From assembly GCF_964355755.1 (NCBI RefSeq), contig NC_092671.1:14446001-14510000 (forward strand): a stretch of 64,000 bases of DNA. The letters run 5' to 3'. The notes under the pieces were generated by a model, which did not search any database, had not been told where the DNA came from, and saw nothing but the letters and a program-made list of their open reading frames with translations. This stretch comes from Antedon mediterranea. Taxonomy: Eukaryota > Animalia > Echinodermata. Shown piece after piece: positions 1 to 33,260 of the stretch. The translations under genes were made by a program, and so were the position numbers. Position 1 is the first letter of the stretch, and each line of letters begins with the position of its first letter.

Positions 1-939
1 CATAAATTTGTGTAATCTTCAATTACAGATTGTCAATACGTCTTTTAAGTACGAATTAAATTTTCGTATAATTTTATTTGAAAAATATAACACGAAAACA
101 GAATTTTGGAAATTATTATTAGGTAATTACATTTGTCTTTGCAATATAAAATAGTGATTTCCATATTTGTTCTGGGCTGAATTTGAATTATCTGAATAAT
201 AAACATTTTCTTTGCTTTAAAAAAAAAAAAAACTATTTATATTAATTTCAGTAGAAATTTAGTACCGGTTTATTACATATAATTTCAATCCGTTTTGAAT
301 GTTAAATTCAATTAATGTATGATTTTCAATTGTTCACTTGTTACAAATTGGTAAGAGATAATATCTTCAATATAATTGAATAATAATCTCTACATCTGGC
401 AACATAATGAATGAAGTATAGTAACAACATGAACATTTCCATGAATTATGTATAACACTAAAAATTACAATTACTATACATAAAAATGATACAACTTTAC
501 TGTACATTTAAAATGTTAAACTATTGTAAATGATGATGACACAATGTAATAAAACCATTTCATATTAATTTGTCAAAGAATTGAATTGGATGGATGTCAT
601 TAGAGAAGAATGAATAGAGTAATTATGCAGTAGAGAATGCTCACATGAAAATAACAGTATTAATGAATCTAAGGAGCTTTTGACTTGATCACATGAATGA
701 AACTTTTGTCCTAGTGTCCTTGTAAAGTACAGTATACTGTTAGTTAAAGCACAGCATTCTGTTTAGTGTTTGTAAGATAAATCATTTAGATGATCCAAAA
801 GATCTCCACTGTGTCCCACCTTAGTCCAATATGGCCATATAGGATATACGGCGTTGAAACACAGTTATCATCATACAACCGAAGCAAATTTCTGGATGGG
901 AGACCGTCTTGGATTGTGTTGGGTGCAGTATATAGTGAA

Positions 940-1130
940 GAGAGTGATGGTATAAAGGTAATATCGGACTAGCAATTGATAGGCATGGGTTCGAGCCTAT
1001 CTTTAGTATACTAATTATCCTTAGATGCTTTATTCTCATTGCCTCATCCTTCTGATGGGATGTAAAGCTGTTGGTCCCGTGGACATATAGTGCATGTTAA
1101 AGAACTTGGTACAATATTTGAAAAGTGTGA
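940..1130 (+). mobile_element. Degenerate tRNA-derived SINE
   Basis: B-box-like GGTTCGAGCC near 988, followed by GGGATGTAAAGCTGTTGGTCCCGTG...TGCATGTTAAAGAAC. This core resembles the reverse complement of the SINEs at 4785 and 51320. Confidence 0.5.
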
Positions 1131-1670
1131 TTGTACTTGAGGACCAGTATAAATACATTTACATACATGATGTTCTTACCACACATGCACATGTTTTTTC
1201 AGCAAGAACCACATTCTCGTGACAGTAGTGTACTGACTGAATTATAAATGCAGCTTAATAGAAACCTTTCAGTGGCTGCAAGCATCCTTCGGCAAAGATG
1301 TTTACTCTTAAATATTGCCTCATTTTTTTAATGGGATTATACAAGCGATGTGCACAAAGAATTCTCTATTCAAAAGAATAGGGAATCAACTTTTAATAAA
1401 CAAATCGTGGTTACCAAGTAACTGTGGCTTGCACCATGAGTGCCTTGTTGATAAAATACAAATATCGTCATTTTACACTTTGTTCCAATTAATAAATAAA
1501 AAACTTTCTTCAATCATAAATTAAACCTATGTCTTCCTCTAATTTACGACCACTCTCATAGATCACTTTCTGTTTTATATTTAATCAAGTAGTTTTAAAG
1601 TGATTCTAGAGATTAAAAAAAAAAGGTCTTTAACTACAGGGAGACATGTACAGTATTAATTAAGTTTTCA

Positions 1671-20806
<19,136 letters not shown>

Positions 20807-21569
20807 TTTTTAATTTTCCAAAATGATACCATAGGCTTGATTCAGTCGTTTTTCGCAATGGTCTTTTCGTCCGTTCTCCGACTTCCATGGAACCAAGGCT
20901 AACGTAAGTACGTACTCGTTGTTACAACCTTCCTACCAGCTGCTTAAAATTGAGGGCGCTCGTCATAATTATACCAAAATATTCAGATACACTTTCCAAT
21001 AATAATTTACGGATATTCTGATATCAAAAATATTATTGCTGTCGATCAGTAAAAATAAGATGTAAATATTGCGGGTTTTATGTGAGCAAAAATGAAATTC
21101 TGACACGGATCGCGTTTTTTCCTGTAATATTTATTATTTATTTGTCATCACTTATCAGTGGCACACACTGTCGTGATATGGTGCAACCAAAATAAAACAA
21201 ATGAGCAATAATAATGAAAGAAAACAAAACAAAAGCAACGGAAAAACAAAAATATATATATATACTATAAACTATATATAATAGGTACACAATTCATCAA
21301 GATCTTTTGAGTTTTGTGTTTCCTTTCAACTCTGTATCGACTTGTTTTTTGTATTTTCATGATGATGATGATTATGAATAATAACAAATATTAAATAACA
21401 TTTGATTCCATTTGAAGGACCTTTCATAGTATATAATATTTATAATAACTCCATTTCAAGATTCCTAAAGACAGACGATCCTTTTATCAAAATGTCCATT
21501 ACTTTCAAAATTATAGGCCTACATGGAATCGATCATCCCTTCTGACAGTTCGATAATTAATCAGTTAAT

Positions 21570-21730
21570 CATACCGTTCAGTCGTACTTGGAATACTGTT
21601 CATTAATTTTTAATTCAATTATTTCTTGTACACAATCTCAGCGTATTTCCAATGTTCAGAACAAATTTATTAGATTCCTTACTCGCACTTGTCCTAATTA
21701 TAATGTTTTTTATACAACTCTTTCAATTCT
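21570..21730 (+). mobile_element. Decayed LINE (CR1/L2-like) RT C-terminal fragment
   Basis: Translation LEYCSLIFN..SCTQSQRISNVQNKFIRF resembles the 'LEY.s..W.P...Q...LE.VQ.kf.R' block found after the RT domain. Confidence 0.5.
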
Positions 21731-22292
21731 GTGTATGATTGTCCTCTTGTTGCTTTCTTATAAGTTGAATATACCAACTCGTAGGCTACTCGCAGCAAGT
21801 GTTTGCTTCACGTTCATTGTGGTCGTGTTGAATGCACAAAACGAGGTATTTTTCAGCGGTTACCTAACACATTTAATGTGCTTGTTACATGTTTGGATAT
21901 TGATTTATTAATGATAGTTTAAATGTATTCAAGGGTAACATTGTTAAATCTCTATAATGTTCTGATCTTTGTTTATGTTATTGTTGCTTAATCGAATGTA
22001 TTTGTATGGTTTATTATGTTTAGATTCAAATAGTGGTGGTTTCATCGATGTTGGTTGTCAACTGAATAAAATAAAAATACAATGTATACTTATATTAATG
22101 TGTAGAAAATATAATACCATAAGAATTAGGTGTGTAAGAAGAAAGTGTAAAAAAAGCTGTATTCTATGTAATTTATGTATAAATGGAAAGAATAAATGTG
22201 GGACACACCCACCAAAGAGAGAAACAAAATTAATCCTAATATTCAATTGTCAATGCCATGGTATACAATAACGCATTAATTGTATGACAACG

Positions 22293-25200
22293 TTAAATGG
22301 CCAATGTTTTCCTTAGAAACTGTTTCACTATTTTCCATGAATGTTTTTGTGCCGTTGCATGCTCTGGTAAGCCTCCTCCATAAGTAATTTTTGTATCGGC
22401 TACAATACAAATAAAAAAAAACCAATTTTACTAAAATTTAGAGACAGTTAAAGACATTAACATGACGTATTTAGGCCTACAAACAAACAAGTAAAATAGT
22501 CACCGTTAAATGGGTTCTTCATTATATTAGTAACTGGTAGTAACCCAGGATCAATAAGATGACCAGTTCCTGGGTAGACCAATGTCCTGTGATTGCGATG
22601 ACCATGTTGATTCAACCTCTCAGTGAGCCTAGAAGCACAGTATACGCTTGGAATAATCTGATCATCTTCCCCAGCAATAAAAAGGAAATCGGCTTTGGCT
22701 TTTTCGATCTATGAAAATTGCTCTATTATTAAAACTCTGAAAATGATTCATTTAGATTTGTTTTCAGATTCATTCAGATGAGTTTGTCTACAAAAACACA
22801 CTTTTCGAGCTGATCTGAAGCTGCTACCAAGACAAAAACAGTAGGATAAAGATAGGCCTACAAGTTAAAAAGTATATACCGTAATAGCAAACAGGTTTGA
22901 CAAGTCCAGTGGTCCAGTAGTCCAGTAATAAAGAATATTCACTAAGTATATCACAGAATCATCCTGAGTTGAAATATGTATAATTTAAATCTGGCAAAAG
23001 TTTAATTAATTAATTTAACTCTTCCCTGATTTAAATACAATGTATTACCTGAATGGCAGTTAATTCACTTTTGTCAAAAAATTTACAACCAAACGATTTG
23101 AGGTAATTTATTGCACCATCTTTATCCACAACTGGGTTTTCGTTGTTGCTGTAAATAAGGTAAATGTATAAAATGTTATTCTATGAATTTTCAATCGTAT
23201 TATTATGACGTATTCTTTAATAAATAGGCCCCTAGGTCAACTTAAGATGGCATTGTTTGCTTTGAAGACTATTGGCATCATTCTCTTGGTTCATCCTTGA
23301 TTTTAATTCATTATCACATCACCAGTAAGGACTTGCAAATCCTGAAGCACTGATTCTGTACGGGACCAGCTTGACCATCCTAAACTGATAGAGAGCTAGC
23401 TAACTATCGTATACAGGCTCATTTGCATGTTGTTACTTTCGTACATATTATTCTGAAGTCTTGTGTTATACTGTACCGATATTTACTTTATGTAAGGTAA
23501 TGCTCTTCCATGATATGTGAGTGGTGTCATCGTTCGATGATGGGGAGCGTTGTACGAAACAACTGCGCGTATCTGTAAAATATTAGAGTTTCTTAACAAT
23601 AATTAATGGTATGTCGGAGTAACAAGATAATTAGCTTGATTGCAGACTGTTATTATGCTCACGACATTTTATTTATGTCCTTAAGGCATTCTAATTGCAA
23701 AAATTCCATATTCTCTCTAGAATAGAAACTTACCATACCAGGCCAGTACGTAGCCATAACAATACTTAGCATTGCTCCGAGTGACGTACCGACAAGTGCT
23801 ATTCTAGAAGAATCCACATATTCTTGAGAAGAGAACCACGTTAGAGCTTCCTACGTTAATATAAGCAAAGTGTGATGATTTGTAATGCATATTATATTTT
23901 GTTTTATAAAAACAAAAGCACATGTATCAACCGTAATCATAAATAATGTCATGAATCATTAGTGATGGACCAAAGATGTACATATTATAAAAAAGAAAAT
24001 GTATTAAATTAGACTAAATTGAGCTTATAGAAATGGCAAACCGAGTCAAAATTACCTCAAAATATCTTAAATCGACATCACCGACGTCTTTTACTAGATC
24101 TCCGTAAGCAAAGTATGGCAATGCATATGTTACAAAACCATATGAAGATAACAGAGCTGCCCTGGATGGCTTTAAACCACCACTCACACCATACATGTCA
24201 ATAATTCCTGGGAATGGCCCTTTTCCTTTATAATACAAGATGAATTTGAAAGATAAAATATGTATTAGTACTGCACGAGTGAACCAAATAACACATTGCC
24301 TTATGCCTTGAAATAAACTGATTTTATATAAAGGGGCAATAATTGAGTTATTTATTTATTTTTACGTTTGGTGATTACTCAATATTAGTTTGGCGCATTG
24401 AAGAGTGGGATGATTTGGAAAAACAACAATCAACTATATAACTTTTAGTCCTGTTTCTGGTAATACTTACCAGTTGGTATACAAACAGTTCCTCGAAGCC
24501 TCCCATTTGAAACATCATATTTCTTTACATTTTCAGATAGAAACCTCCTTTCTAATTGACATGATGTCATTACATCTGACTTGTCGATCTCTCGTTTAGT
24601 CAGTGCACCTTGGTGAACACTGAAGACCATCTTCAATGGCTTTTGAACATCTCTAACTGTCAAGATTGTAGCTTTAACGTGTTTCATACATTGAAGACTC
24701 CAAAAGAGTCCAGCATTGTCCAGCCCTATAGTTGTTAGAAATGCATTTACAGAACACTGTATCACTTAAATACCAAGAAATTAATAATTATTTCTCCATT
24801 GAAACATAATTAGGTATACTCTAATCCAAATACGTTTTTTCAGAGACATATGAAAATATTTAGAATTATATAGAACATTGTCAATTGTTTACCTGTGTAT
24901 GTACCGCCCAATGACGAGTGCCGATTAAGATCAATTTCGCCTGTTGCGGATGATTTGAAGTGGCCGTAAGAAACTAAAGTTTTGTCGCGATGACGGACAC
25001 TTCCTTTTATGGTATACAATGAATCTGGCTCAGCAGACGTTACACAGATCCTTGGACATTCATCCACCAAGCAAGAAGAAGGAGAAACCTGCATATGTAT
25101 TGACATCTGCTGGTTTAATCTATGGGCAAACCTGTAATAAAATGTCCATGGCAAAATGAATTCAATTTGTATAGACAGCGTAAATCAACTTTTTATAATC

Positions 25201-25494
25201 TTTATAATTTCTAAAGAAACAAAAGAAAAATCCAACCTACCTTTGGACAGTCCAGGAAATCTAAACTTGATCACATTCATACAAATGAAAGGCACACATA
25301 CTGGTCTCTGTCACTCTCAAAGGCAATGCATATGCCAACGTCAATGACGACCTGATGTTAATGAGGACGGTTACCCAAATAAATGAACAACATGAACAGT
25401 TAATGTATACTTACTTATGTGCAGAATTATGTTTTGCCAAGCCAAACGATTCTTGGCACACACGTATGTAGGAGACCATACAAGACCTAAACAT
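22293..25494 (-). CDS. Type-I acyl-CoA thioesterase / BAAT-family alpha/beta hydrolase, copy A (9 exons, 452 aa)
   Basis: Exons 25494-25415, 25131-24893, 24725-24471, 24225-24056, 23850-23734, 23572-23487, 23148-23049, 22708-22504 and 22399-22293, all GT-AG and in phase. Motifs: SLGGTYTGLDNAGLFWSL, GKGPFPGIIDMYG, RAALLSSYGF, nucleophile GTSLG, FLFIAGEDD, YPGTGHLIDP, HATAQKHSW. Confidence 0.93.
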
Positions 25495-26366
25495 GTTTGT
25501 ACGTTTAAATGTATACATCACGAGAATCACAAAGGCCACAGACTTGGAATTATAAACAATGAATGCATTAATTAATTTTAAAAAAAGGTACCTGTATTTT
25601 GTTAAATGTCTTATTTAATTACAGGTACGTCAATCTGTTGATGATCAAAACAGTTATTTAAAATGTTAATCAGACATACGATTGTATGCTGAACTCAATA
25701 TGGAAACCATAATACTGTGTAATGAGTGGACCAAAATAGACACAAACAGATAAACCTTATTCGTATAAAATGTAAACATTTTTTGAAAATTCTTTTGTTT
25801 GGCAAGATAAGATATTAATACATTTAACATGTATGTTAGAAAAAGCATTTAAAATAATTATAAAATACATTTTAACACGATAAAACATACATTTAAACTA
25901 CCGAATAAAAAATGTTAAATATGTTTTTCGCTTAGAACAAAATATACTTAAAAGGTGAATTGTTTGATTTTGGTGTACATAAACGGTAAAAGCAACTGAA
26001 GACACAACCACTGTGTTCAAGTGATTTATCTTTATCAGAATATACATAACATACATAAACCTCTACAAGAATAAGACATTACTAAACTGTTAAATTAGGA
26101 TTGTTAAAAGGATAACATTCCAGATGTGCTTCAAGAGATCATTCCATTCTGCCAGTAGGCTACTCTATACTGTATTCGTTATTTCATTATTCTATCTAGG
26201 TCTACAATAATCAGGAATTTCAACTTGTACGATCAGTGTACTACTTTAAACTCTTTAAGAACCAGTTGAAGTCTTTCCCTTTCAAGTTTTTCATTAATTT
26301 AAATTAATGGTACTTCTCTTCTATTTTATTTATATACATTGATAGCTTGCTTATATGCGTAACTAT

Positions 26367-29300
26367 TTATTTATTATTATTATTATTTTTGTTAAGTTGA
26401 ATGGCCAATGTTTTCCTTAAAAACTCTTTCACTATTTTCCATGAATGTTCTTGTGCCTTTGCATGTTCTGGTAAGCCTCCTCCATAAGTAATTGTTGTAT
26501 CGACTACAATACAAATTATAAAATAAAAAATTCTAGTAAATTTCACAGACAAGAGAAAACATCAAGATGTATACAAACACATATAAAGTAAAATAGTTAC
26601 CGTCAAATGGGTTCCTCGTTATATTAGTGACTGGTAGTAATCCAGGATCAATAAGATGACCAGTTCCTGGGTAGACCAATGTCCTGTGATTGTGATGACC
26701 ATTTTGATTCAATCTCTCAGTCATCCTAGAAGCACAGTATACGCTTGGAATAATCTGATCATCTTCCCCAGCAATAAAAAGGAAATCGGCTTTGGATTTT
26801 TCGATCTAGTATAATAAAATTAGTTATAATAAATGTTTCGAGGGGAAAAAACGGTTCATTTGCTGCAATAACGTTTCGTTTGTCTATACAGTAAATCGAT
26901 CGAGTCGCTCTTAGGCTTTCAGGACATGAAGAAAAGCAGTAAAAGATACGGTACTGTAAAGTTAAGTTGAGAAACCCAAACTCAATAGTGACCCAACCAA
27001 AATAATGAAGTATGTAGACCATCACATGGATCATATCCTGTGGTGGGAGTGTGTATGGGGCTCCTATTCACACCTAAAATGAAGTTATAAACTACTTTTA
27101 TTTGTGATATCTATTTTGAAAGACTATAATGTTTGCTCTCTCCGTTTAAAAATTTCTGCCATGGACCCGCAACAAGTGTATAATTTAAAAATACAATTAT
27201 TATTGTTTTAGTATTACCTGAATAGCAGTTGATTCACTTTTGTTCAACAATTTACAACTAAAAGATTTTAGGTAATTTAATGCACCGTCTATATTTACAA
27301 CTGGATTCCCATTGCTGCTGTTGAATAAGATAAAACTTTTTTGAATTTTTAACTTAGCACTTAAATAGATTAAAATTAAGATGGCAATGTTTGCTTTGAA
27401 GACTATCATTCTCTTGGTTCATCCTTGATTCTAATTCACAGAGTCACATCAGTGAATGTCACCAGTAAGGACTCGCAAATCCTGAAGCACTGATTCTGTA
27501 CGGAATCATCTTTGCTTAATCATCATCATCCTAAATGAATAGAGAGCTCACTACCGGATACAGGTTCATTTGCATTTCATACTTTTATATATATATATAT
27601 TGTGTAAATACTGTTATACTGTACCGATATTTACTTTATGTAAGGTAATGTTTTTCCATAATATGTACGGGGTGTAATCGTTCGATGATGGGTAGCGTTG
27701 TACGAAACTACTGCGCGTATCTGTAAAATATTAGAGTTTCTTTACAATAATTAATGGTATGTCGGAGTAACAAGATAATTAGCTTGATTGCAGACTGTTA
27801 TTATGCTCACAAAATTTTATTTATGTCCTTAAGGCATTCTAATTGCAAAAATTCCATATTCTCTCAGATAGTAGATAGATAACTAGAAACTTACCATATC
27901 AGGCCAGTACGTAGCCATAACAATACTTAGCATCGCTCCGAGTGACGTACCGACAAGTGCTATTCTAGAAGAATCCACATATTCTTGAGAAGAGAACCAC
28001 TTTAGAGCTTCCTAAGTTAATAAAAGCAAAGTAGACAACTTTTTTTGGTTTATGAAATTGAAGGCACGAGTATCACCCGTAGGCACAATCTGATTTGAAA
28101 TGAATCAATGATTTTAAATGCAAATGTTCATATCTTTTTGGAAGAACTTGATTACAATTGAACTTATGAAAATGGTTTTATAAAAACACTGAGTAAAAAT
28201 TACAGTACCTCAAAATATCTTAAATCGACGTCAGCAACGTCTTTTACAAGATCTTTGTAAGCAAAGTATGGCAATGCATAGGTTACAAAACCATATGAAG
28301 ATAACAGAGCTGCCCTGGATGGCTTTAAACTACCATTCAAACCATACATGTCAATAATTCCTGGGAATGGCCCTTTTCCTTTATAATACAAAATACGAAA
28401 TATGTACATTAGTATTGCATAACAAGTAAATTACAAATTGGCTATGATTTAAAAAAAAACTAAAATAATTAAAAATAGGCCTATACATAATAATAATATA
28501 TAACATGTCAGGACTACTTTCAGCACGTCACTATGTTTTACTATTATGTTCACATTTACCAGTTGGTATGAAGACTGTTCCTCGAAGCTTCCCATCTGAA
28601 ACATCATATGTCTTTACATGGTCAGAAAGAAACCTCCTATCTAATTGACATGATGTAATTGCATCTGACTTGTCGATCTCTTGTTTAGTCAGTGCACCTT
28701 GGTGAACACTGAAGACCATCTTCAATGGCTTTTGAACATCTCTAACTGTCAAGATTGTAGCTTTAACGTATTTCATACATTGAAGACTCCAAAAGAGTCC
28801 AGCATTGTCCAGCCCTATAGTTGATACCAAGAAATTAATAAATTGGCCTCCATTGTAACCTAATTAGGTATACTGTCCTCTAATCCAAAAACGTTTAATA
28901 TTTTTTTCAGAGACGTAATGAAGATATATAGAAATTATATAGAAAATTGTAAATTGTTTACCTGTGTATGTACCGCCCAATGACGAGTGCCGATTAAGAT
29001 CAATTTCGCCTGTTGCGGATGATTTGAAGTGGCCGTAAGAAACTAAAGTTTTGTCGAGATTACGAACACTTCCTTTTATGGTATACAATGAATCTGGCTC
29101 AGCAGACGTTACACGGATCCTTGGACATTCATCCACCAAGCAAGAAGAAGGAGAAACCTGCATATGTATTGACATCTGCTGGTTTAATCTATGGGCAAAC
29201 CTGTAATAAAATTTCCATGGCAAAATGAATTCAATTTGTATAGACAGCGTAAATCAACTTTTTATAATCTTTATAATTTCTAAAGAAACAAAAGAAAAAT

Positions 29301-29563
29301 CCAACCTACCTTTGGACAGTCCAGGAAATCTAAACTTGATCACATTCATAGAAATGAAAGGCACACATACTGGTCTCTGTCACTCTCAAAGGCAATGCAT
29401 ATGCCAACGTCAATGACGATCTGATGTTAATGAGGACGGTTACCCAAATAAATGAACAACATGAACAGTTAATGTATACTTACTTATGTGCAGAAATATG
29501 TTTTGCCAAGCCAAACGATTCTTGGCACACACGTATGTAGGAGACCATACAAGACCTAAACAT
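26367..29563 (-). CDS. Type-I acyl-CoA thioesterase / BAAT-family, copy B (9 exons, 462 aa)
   Basis: Exons 29563-29484, 29200-28962, 28814-28560, 28378-28209, 28011-27895, 27720-27635, 27317-27218, 26805-26601 and 26503-26367. Exon sizes match copy A except the last, and the Ser-Asp-His triad is intact. Confidence 0.92.
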
Positions 29564-30435
29564 GTTTGTACGTTTAAATGTATACATCACGAGAATCACA
29601 AAGGCCACAGACTTGGAATTATAAACAATGAATGCATTAATTAATTTAAAAAAAAGGTACCTGTATTTTGTTAAATGTCTTATTTAATGACAGGTACGTC
29701 AATCTGTTGATGATCAAAACAGTTATTTGAAATGTTAATCAGACATGCGATTGTATGCTGAACTCAATATGGAAACCATAATACTGTGTAATGAGTGGAC
29801 CAAAATAGACACAAACAGATAAACCTTATTCGTATAAAATGTAAACATTTTTTGAAAATTCTTTTGTTTGGCAAGATAAGATATTAATACATTTAAAATG
29901 TATGTTAGAAAAAGCATTCAAATTAATTATAAAATACATGTTAACACGATAAAACATACATTTAAACTACCGAATAAAAAATGTTAAATATGTTTTTTGC
30001 TTAGAACAAAATATACTTAAAAGGTGAATTGTTTGATTTTGGTGTACATAAACGGTAAAAGCAACTGAAGACACAACCACTGTGTTCAAGTGATTTATCT
30101 TTATCAGAATATACATAACATACATAAACCTCTACAAGAATAAGACATTACTAAACTGTTAAATTAGGATTGTTAAAAGGATAACATTCCAGATGTGCTT
30201 CAAGAGATCATTCCATTCTGCCAGTAGGCTACTCTATACTGTATTCGTTATTTCATTATTCTATCTAGGTCTACAATAATCAGGAATTTCAACTTGTACG
30301 ATCAGTGTACTACTTTAAACTCTTTAAGAACCAGTTGAAGTCTTTCCCTTTCAAGTTTTTCATTAATTTAAATTAATGGTACTTCTCTTCTATTTTATTT
30401 ATATACATTGATAGCTTGCTTATATGCGTAACTAT

Positions 30436-33260
30436 TTATTTATTATTATTATTATTTTTGTTAAGTTGAATGGCCAATGTTTTCCTTAAAAACTCTTTCA
30501 CTATTTTCCATGAATGTTCTTGTGCCTTTGCATGTTCTGGTAAGCCTCCTCCATAAGTAATTGTTGTATCGACTACAATACAAATTATAAAATAAAAAAT
30601 TCTAGTAAATTTCACAGACAAGAGAAAACATCAAGATGTATACAAACACATATAAAGTAAAATAGTTACCGTCAAATGGGTTCCTCGTTATATTAGTGAC
30701 TGGTAGTAATCCAGGATCAATAAGATGACCAGTTCCTGGGTAGACCAATGTCCTGTGATTGTGATGACCATTTTGATTCAATCTCTCAGTCATCCTAGAA
30801 GCACAGTATACGCTTGGAATAATCTGATCATCTTCCCCAGCAATAAAAAGGAAATCGGCTTTGGCTTTTTCGATCTAGTATAATAAAATTAGTTATAATA
30901 AATGTTTCGAGGGAAAAATCGGTTCATTTGCTGCAATAACGTTTAGTTTGTCTATACAGTAAATCGATCGAGTCGCTCTTAGGCTTTCAAGACATGAAGA
31001 AAAGCAGTAAAAGATACTGTAAAGTTAAGTTGAGAAACCCAAACTCAATAGTGACCCAACCAAAATAATGAAGTATGTAGACCATCACATGGATCATATC
31101 CTGTGGTGGGAGTGTGTATGGGGCTCCTATTCACACCTAAAATGAAGTTATAAACTACTTTTATTTGTGATATCTATTTTGAAAGACTATAATGTTTGCT
31201 CTCTCCGTTTAAAAATTTCTGCCATGGACCCGCAACAAGTGTATAATTTAAAAATACAATTATTATTGTTTTAGTATTACCTGAATAGCAGTTGATTCAC
31301 TTTTGTTCAACAATTTACAACTAAAAGATTTTAGGTAATTTAATGCACCATCTATATTTACAACTGGATTCCCATTGCTGCTGTTGAATAAGATAAAACT
31401 TTTTTAAATTTTTAACTTAGCACTTAAATAGATTAAAATTAAGATGGCAATGTTTGCTTTGAAGACTATCATTCTCTTGGTTCATCCTTGATTCTAATTC
31501 ACTAGAGTCACATCAGTGAATGTCACCAGTAAGGACTCGCAAATCCTGAAGCACTGATTCTGTACGGAATCATCTTTGCTTAATCATCATCCTAAATGAA
31601 TAGAGAGCTCACTACCGGATACAGGTTCATTTGCATTTCATACTTTTGTATACATATATATTGTGTAAATACTGTTATACTTTACTGATATTTACTTTAT
31701 GTAAGGTAATGTTTTTCCATAATATGTACGGGGTGTAATCGTTCGATGATGGGTAGCGTTGTACGAAACTACTGCGCGTATCTGTAAAATATTAGAGTTT
31801 CTTTACAATAATTAATGGTATGTTGGAGTAACAAGATAATTAGCTTGATTGCAGACTGTTATTATGCTCACAACATTTTATTTATGTCCTTACGGCATTC
31901 TAATTGCAAAAATTCCATATTCTCTCAGATGTAGATAGATAACTAGAAACTTACCATATCAGGCCAGTACGTTGCCATAACAATACTTAGCATCGCTCCG
32001 AGTGACGTACCGACAAGTGCTATTCTAGAAGAATCCACATATTCTTGAGAAGAGAACCAATTTAGAGCTTCCTAAGTTAATAAAAGCAAAGTAGACAACT
32101 TTTTTTGGTTTATGGAATTGAAGGCACGAGTATCACCCGTAGTCACAATCTGATTTGAAATGAATCAATGATTTTAAATGCAAATGTTCATATCTTTTTG
32201 GAAGAACTTGATTACAATTGAACTTATGAAAATGGTTTTATAAAAACACTGAGTAAAAATTACAGTACCTCAAAATATCTTAAATCGACGTCAGCAACGT
32301 CTTTTACAAGATCTTTGTAAGCAAAGTATGGCAATGCATAGGTTACAAAACCATATGAAGATAACAGAGCTGCCCTGGATGGCTTTAAACTACCATTCAA
32401 ACCATACATGTCAATAATTCCTGGGAATGGCCCTTTTCCTTTATAATACAAATTACGAAATATGTACATTAGTATTGCATAACAAGTAAATTACAAATTG
32501 GCTATGATTTAAAAAAAAAACTAAAATAATTAAAAATAGGCCTATACATAATATAATATATAACATGTCAGGACTACTTTCAGCACGTCACTATGTTTTA
32601 CTATTATGTTCCCATTTACCAGTTGGTATGAAAACTGTTCCTCGAAGCTTCCCATCTGAAACATCATATGTCTTTACATGGTCAGAAAGAAACCTCCTAT
32701 CTAATTGACATGATGTCATTGCATCTGACTTGTCGATCTCTTGTTTAGTCAGTGCACCTTGGTGAACACTGAAGACCATCTTCAATGGCTTTTGAACATC
32801 TCTAACTGTCAAGATTGTAGCTTTAACGTGTTTCATACATTGAAGACTCCAAAAGAGTCCAGCATTGTCCAGCCCTATAGTTGATACCAAGAAATTAATA
32901 AATTGGCCTCCATTGTAACCTAATTAGGTATACTGTCCTCTAATCCAAAAACGTTTAATATTTTTTTCAGAGACGTAATGAAGATATATAGAAATTATAT
33001 AGAAAATTGTAAATTGTTTACCTGTGTATGTACCGCCCAATGACGAGTGCCGATTAAGATCAATTTCGCCTGTTGCGGATGATTTGAAGTGGCCGTAAGA
33101 AACTAAAGTTTTGTCGCGATGACGGACACTTCCTTTTATGGTATACAATGAATCTGGCTCAGCAGACGTTACACAGATCCTTGGACATTCATCCACCAAG
33201 CAAGAAGAAGGAGAAACCTGCATATGTATTGACATCTGCTGGTTTAATCTATGGGCAAAC
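30436..33260 (-). CDS. Type-I acyl-CoA thioesterase / BAAT-family, copy C (exons 2-9; first exon ambiguous)
   Basis: Exons 33260-33022, 32874-32620, 32438-32269, 32071-31955, 31781-31696, 31380-31281, 30874-30670 and 30572-30436, with the triad intact. An in-frame internal ATG lies at 33235 (MSIHMQV). Confidence 0.9.

Noticed and set aside
25240-25345. Extra AAG|GTAGG donor in intron 1 of thioesterase copies A and B
   Set aside because: Its upstream ATGs are out of frame with exon 2 or stop early. It could be a non-coding alternative first exon, but sequence alone cannot support that.
25156-25347. 63-aa plus-strand ORF repeated at 29225, and the 60-aa ORFs at 25666 and 29735
   Set aside because: They recur only because of the recent 4-kb duplication and have no protein features.
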